Shown one piece after another: positions 7,143-10,772 of a stretch of 10,772 nucleotides of DNA. Position 1 is the first letter of the stretch. Each line of letters opens with the position of its first letter. Source of the DNA: Candidatus Sumerlaeia bacterium (lineage in GTDB: Bacteria; Sumerlaeota; Sumerlaeia; SLMS01); NCBI GenBank assembly GCA_038208905.1, contig JBBQYG010000144.1, forward strand, positions 1-10,772, written 5' to 3'. Under the pieces are notes generated by a model. The model ran no database searches and was not told where the DNA came from. It was given only the letters and a program-made list of their open reading frames with translations. The translations under genes and the position numbers were made by a program.

Positions 7143-7892
7143 ATGAGCAAGCCAACTTCTCACGGCATCCTGTCGGAATTCCCCTCGTGCAGCTTGATCG
7201 TCACGGCCGCCGGCGCGGGGACGCGGTTTGGCGGGTATAAGCAGCTTGCCAAGGTCATGGGAAAGCCCCTGCTGGAGCACGCGCTGGACGGCTTCAACGC
7301 GTGCCTCTTCACGGAGCGCATCGTCGTCCTTCCCGAGGAGTTCTTCCGCGAGGGGCACTGGACACGCCTGTGCCGCATGAACCCCGCGCTGACCGAATTC
7401 CGCGCGGTTGTGGGGCGGGAAACCCGCGCCGAGTCGGTGCTGGAGGGCATCCTGGCGCTTCGGGATGAGTGCGAATTCGTCGCCGTCCACGACGGCGCCC
7501 GGCCATTCCCCCCCATCGACGGCCTGAAGGAATGCTATCACTACCTCAACCGCCATCCCGGAACCGCCGCCGCCATCGTGGGGAGCCGGGTCACCGACAC
7601 CATCAAGCGCGTGGGGCCGGATGGAAAGACAATCACCGCGACGGAACCGCGCGACGAACTGCGCCGCGCCGAAACGCCCCAGGTCGCCCGCATCAATCAC
7701 CTCGCGCGGGCGCTCCGCTCCGCGGAGGGCCCCGAGGCCACCGACGAGGCCGATGCCCTGGCCCGCCACGGCCACCGCGTCGTGTGCCTCACCCATCAGG
7801 GCTTCAACCCCAAGATCACCGTTCCCGCCGACATGGCCGTGGTCGAGGCATGGCTGCGCAACCGCCTGTCGCTGCTGGACGAAACGCAGTAG
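7143..7892 (+). CDS. ispD: 2-C-methyl-D-erythritol 4-phosphate cytidylyltransferase (IspD/TarI family)
   Basis: AAGAGTRFGGYKQ, TRAESV, VHDGARP, VTDTIK, ETPQ, TDEA, NPKITxPxD. Start set to ATG 7143 rather than TTG 7044. Confidence 0.85.
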   Translation: MSKPTSHGILSEFPSCSLIVTAAGAGTRFGGYKQLAKVMGKPLLEHALDGFNACLFTERIVVLPEEFFREGHWTRLCRMNPALTEFRAVVGRETRAESVLEGILALRDECEFVAVHDGARPFPPIDGLKECYHYLNRHPGTAAAIVGSRVTDTIKRVGPDGKTITATEPRDELRRAETPQVARINHLARALRSAEGPEATDEADALARHGHRVVCLTHQGFNPKITVPADMAVVEAWLRNRLSLLDETQ

Positions 7893-8062
7893 CCGTTCGG
7901 CGCGACCGGCCACTCCCCCTACCGCGCCATACATCCCGGCGGCGGCGCCTCGATGGCTTGGTAATCCAGCGAGATCGTCCACCGCTCGTCGGGTTCTCAT
8001 CGCCGTCCAGCGGCGTGGTGGAAACGGATGTGCACCGTTAAAATCCACGCGGGCATATCGTG

Positions 8063-8093
8063 AAAAACCGCCCCGGAAACCTTACCGGGGCGG
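8063..8093 (-). terminator. Rho-independent terminator of rpoD
   Basis: Perfect 9-bp stem CCGCCCCGG/CCGGGGCGG (8068-8076, 8085-8093), 8-nt loop, followed by TTTTT on the - strand, 30 nt after the rpoD stop. Confidence 0.85.
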
Positions 8094-8123
8094 CTGTCTA
8101 TACGGCGGCCTGCGGCGGCGCGG

Positions 8124-10004
<1,881 letters not shown>

Positions 10005-10249
10005 AGAGACGGGACGAGCCCCCTTTGGGAGTGGTGAAAACGGGTTAGGATATGGCCGAAAAGATTGGGCACGGCGCCGGATGGATTGCGATCTTGGTGG
10101 GCAAGCAACAACCTCGGTTGGCGCACATGGGACAGTGGAAGGGGCAAAGATGAGCCATCTGGACGGCAAAAAGGGACAAGGCTCCACCTATCGCGCGAGA
10201 GGAGCAAGAGTCGGGCCCTTCCGTAGCGAAATTCGCAAAAAAGTCACGC

Positions 10250-10359
10250 GGGCCGCGGATGGCGCGGATCGGGACTGCCGCCTAATCGGGTCGCCCGCTC
10301 GGGAGTCCTCCTCACTGACCTCGTGAGACCGGCTCCCCGATCCGCGCCATTCGCGGCTT
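10250..10359 (+). repeat. Long inverted repeat enclosing two small hairpins
   Basis: 10252-10273 pairs with 10336-10357: 21 Watson-Crick pairs plus one G:U, extendable by two outer G:U pairs. Confidence 0.8.
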
Positions 10360-10563
10360 TTGGTTTCTTCCGGCGCCATCCCCACTCCCCCGGCGGTCTC
10401 CCCCCACGGAACCCGTTGACGGAGGCCCGCCGACCCGGTACCCCGTGAGCGTACTCACCGAGGAGATGCGCAACGTGTCAGCTGGCACGCACGACAGCCC
10501 CACTGGTCTTCGCGCACCCGAGCGGCGGCGGCAAAAATCGCCACGGCCCGCCATCGACCGCCC

Positions 10564-10670
10564 AGTCCCGGAGGGACCAAGCACGCATAGCCCCGGGTGG
10601 AGCGCGACCGTCAAGCTCGGAACCCGGGGAACGCGCCGCCTCACACGCCACCAGCCCCCAAGGGGCGACA
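10564..10670. repeat. REP-like extragenic palindromic element
   Basis: GTCCC-GGA-GGGAC; TAG-CCCCGGGT-N23-ACCCGGGG; GCCCC-CAA-GGGGC-GACA. The hairpins are directly visible; assignment to the REP class is from resemblance. Confidence 0.6.
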
Positions 10671-10772
10671 CCGGGCACTGCAATTCGCGGACAATCGAGC
10701 ACAACACGCTCTCCGGCGGCAGCATCGCGCGGAGCCGGTCTATAAATATATCCGGCATCAAGCCCTCCGCGA

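Noticed and set aside
7893..8062. Weak nested stems between ispD and the rpoD terminator
   Set aside because: Short, imperfect and expected by chance at this GC content; no recognisable RNA family.
10250..10359. SRP RNA, tRNA or retron msr-msd interpretation of the long stem
   Set aside because: No SRP GGAA domain-IV motif, no cloverleaf or T-loop, and no reverse transcriptase in the window.
10466..10772. Open + strand frame from ATG 10466 to the window end, and - strand ORFs 10312..10761 and 10478..10702
   Set aside because: Translations are not protein-like, lack the codon bias of the real genes and run through the REP-like hairpins.

Overview
High-GC bacterial chromosomal window that is mostly metabolic and housekeeping genes. 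In order: nrfH-nrfA (cytochrome c nitrite reductase, +); a convergent pdhA-pdhB-pdhC cluster without E3 (-); a DinB-family gene and a QueD/PTPS-family gene (-); a divergent ispD-like cytidylyltransferase (+); and rpoD (-) with an intrinsic terminator. About 770 nt of apparently non-coding DNA follows upstream of rpoD. The most notable points are an NrfA whose active-site heme motif is CxxCH rather than CxxCK, with no maturation genes downstream, and two distinct structured elements upstream of rpoD: a ~110-nt long-stem inverted repeat and a REP-like triple hairpin. I see no CRISPR array, transposase, rRNA or tRNA, and I cannot support a clearly new multi-gene system from this sequence alone.
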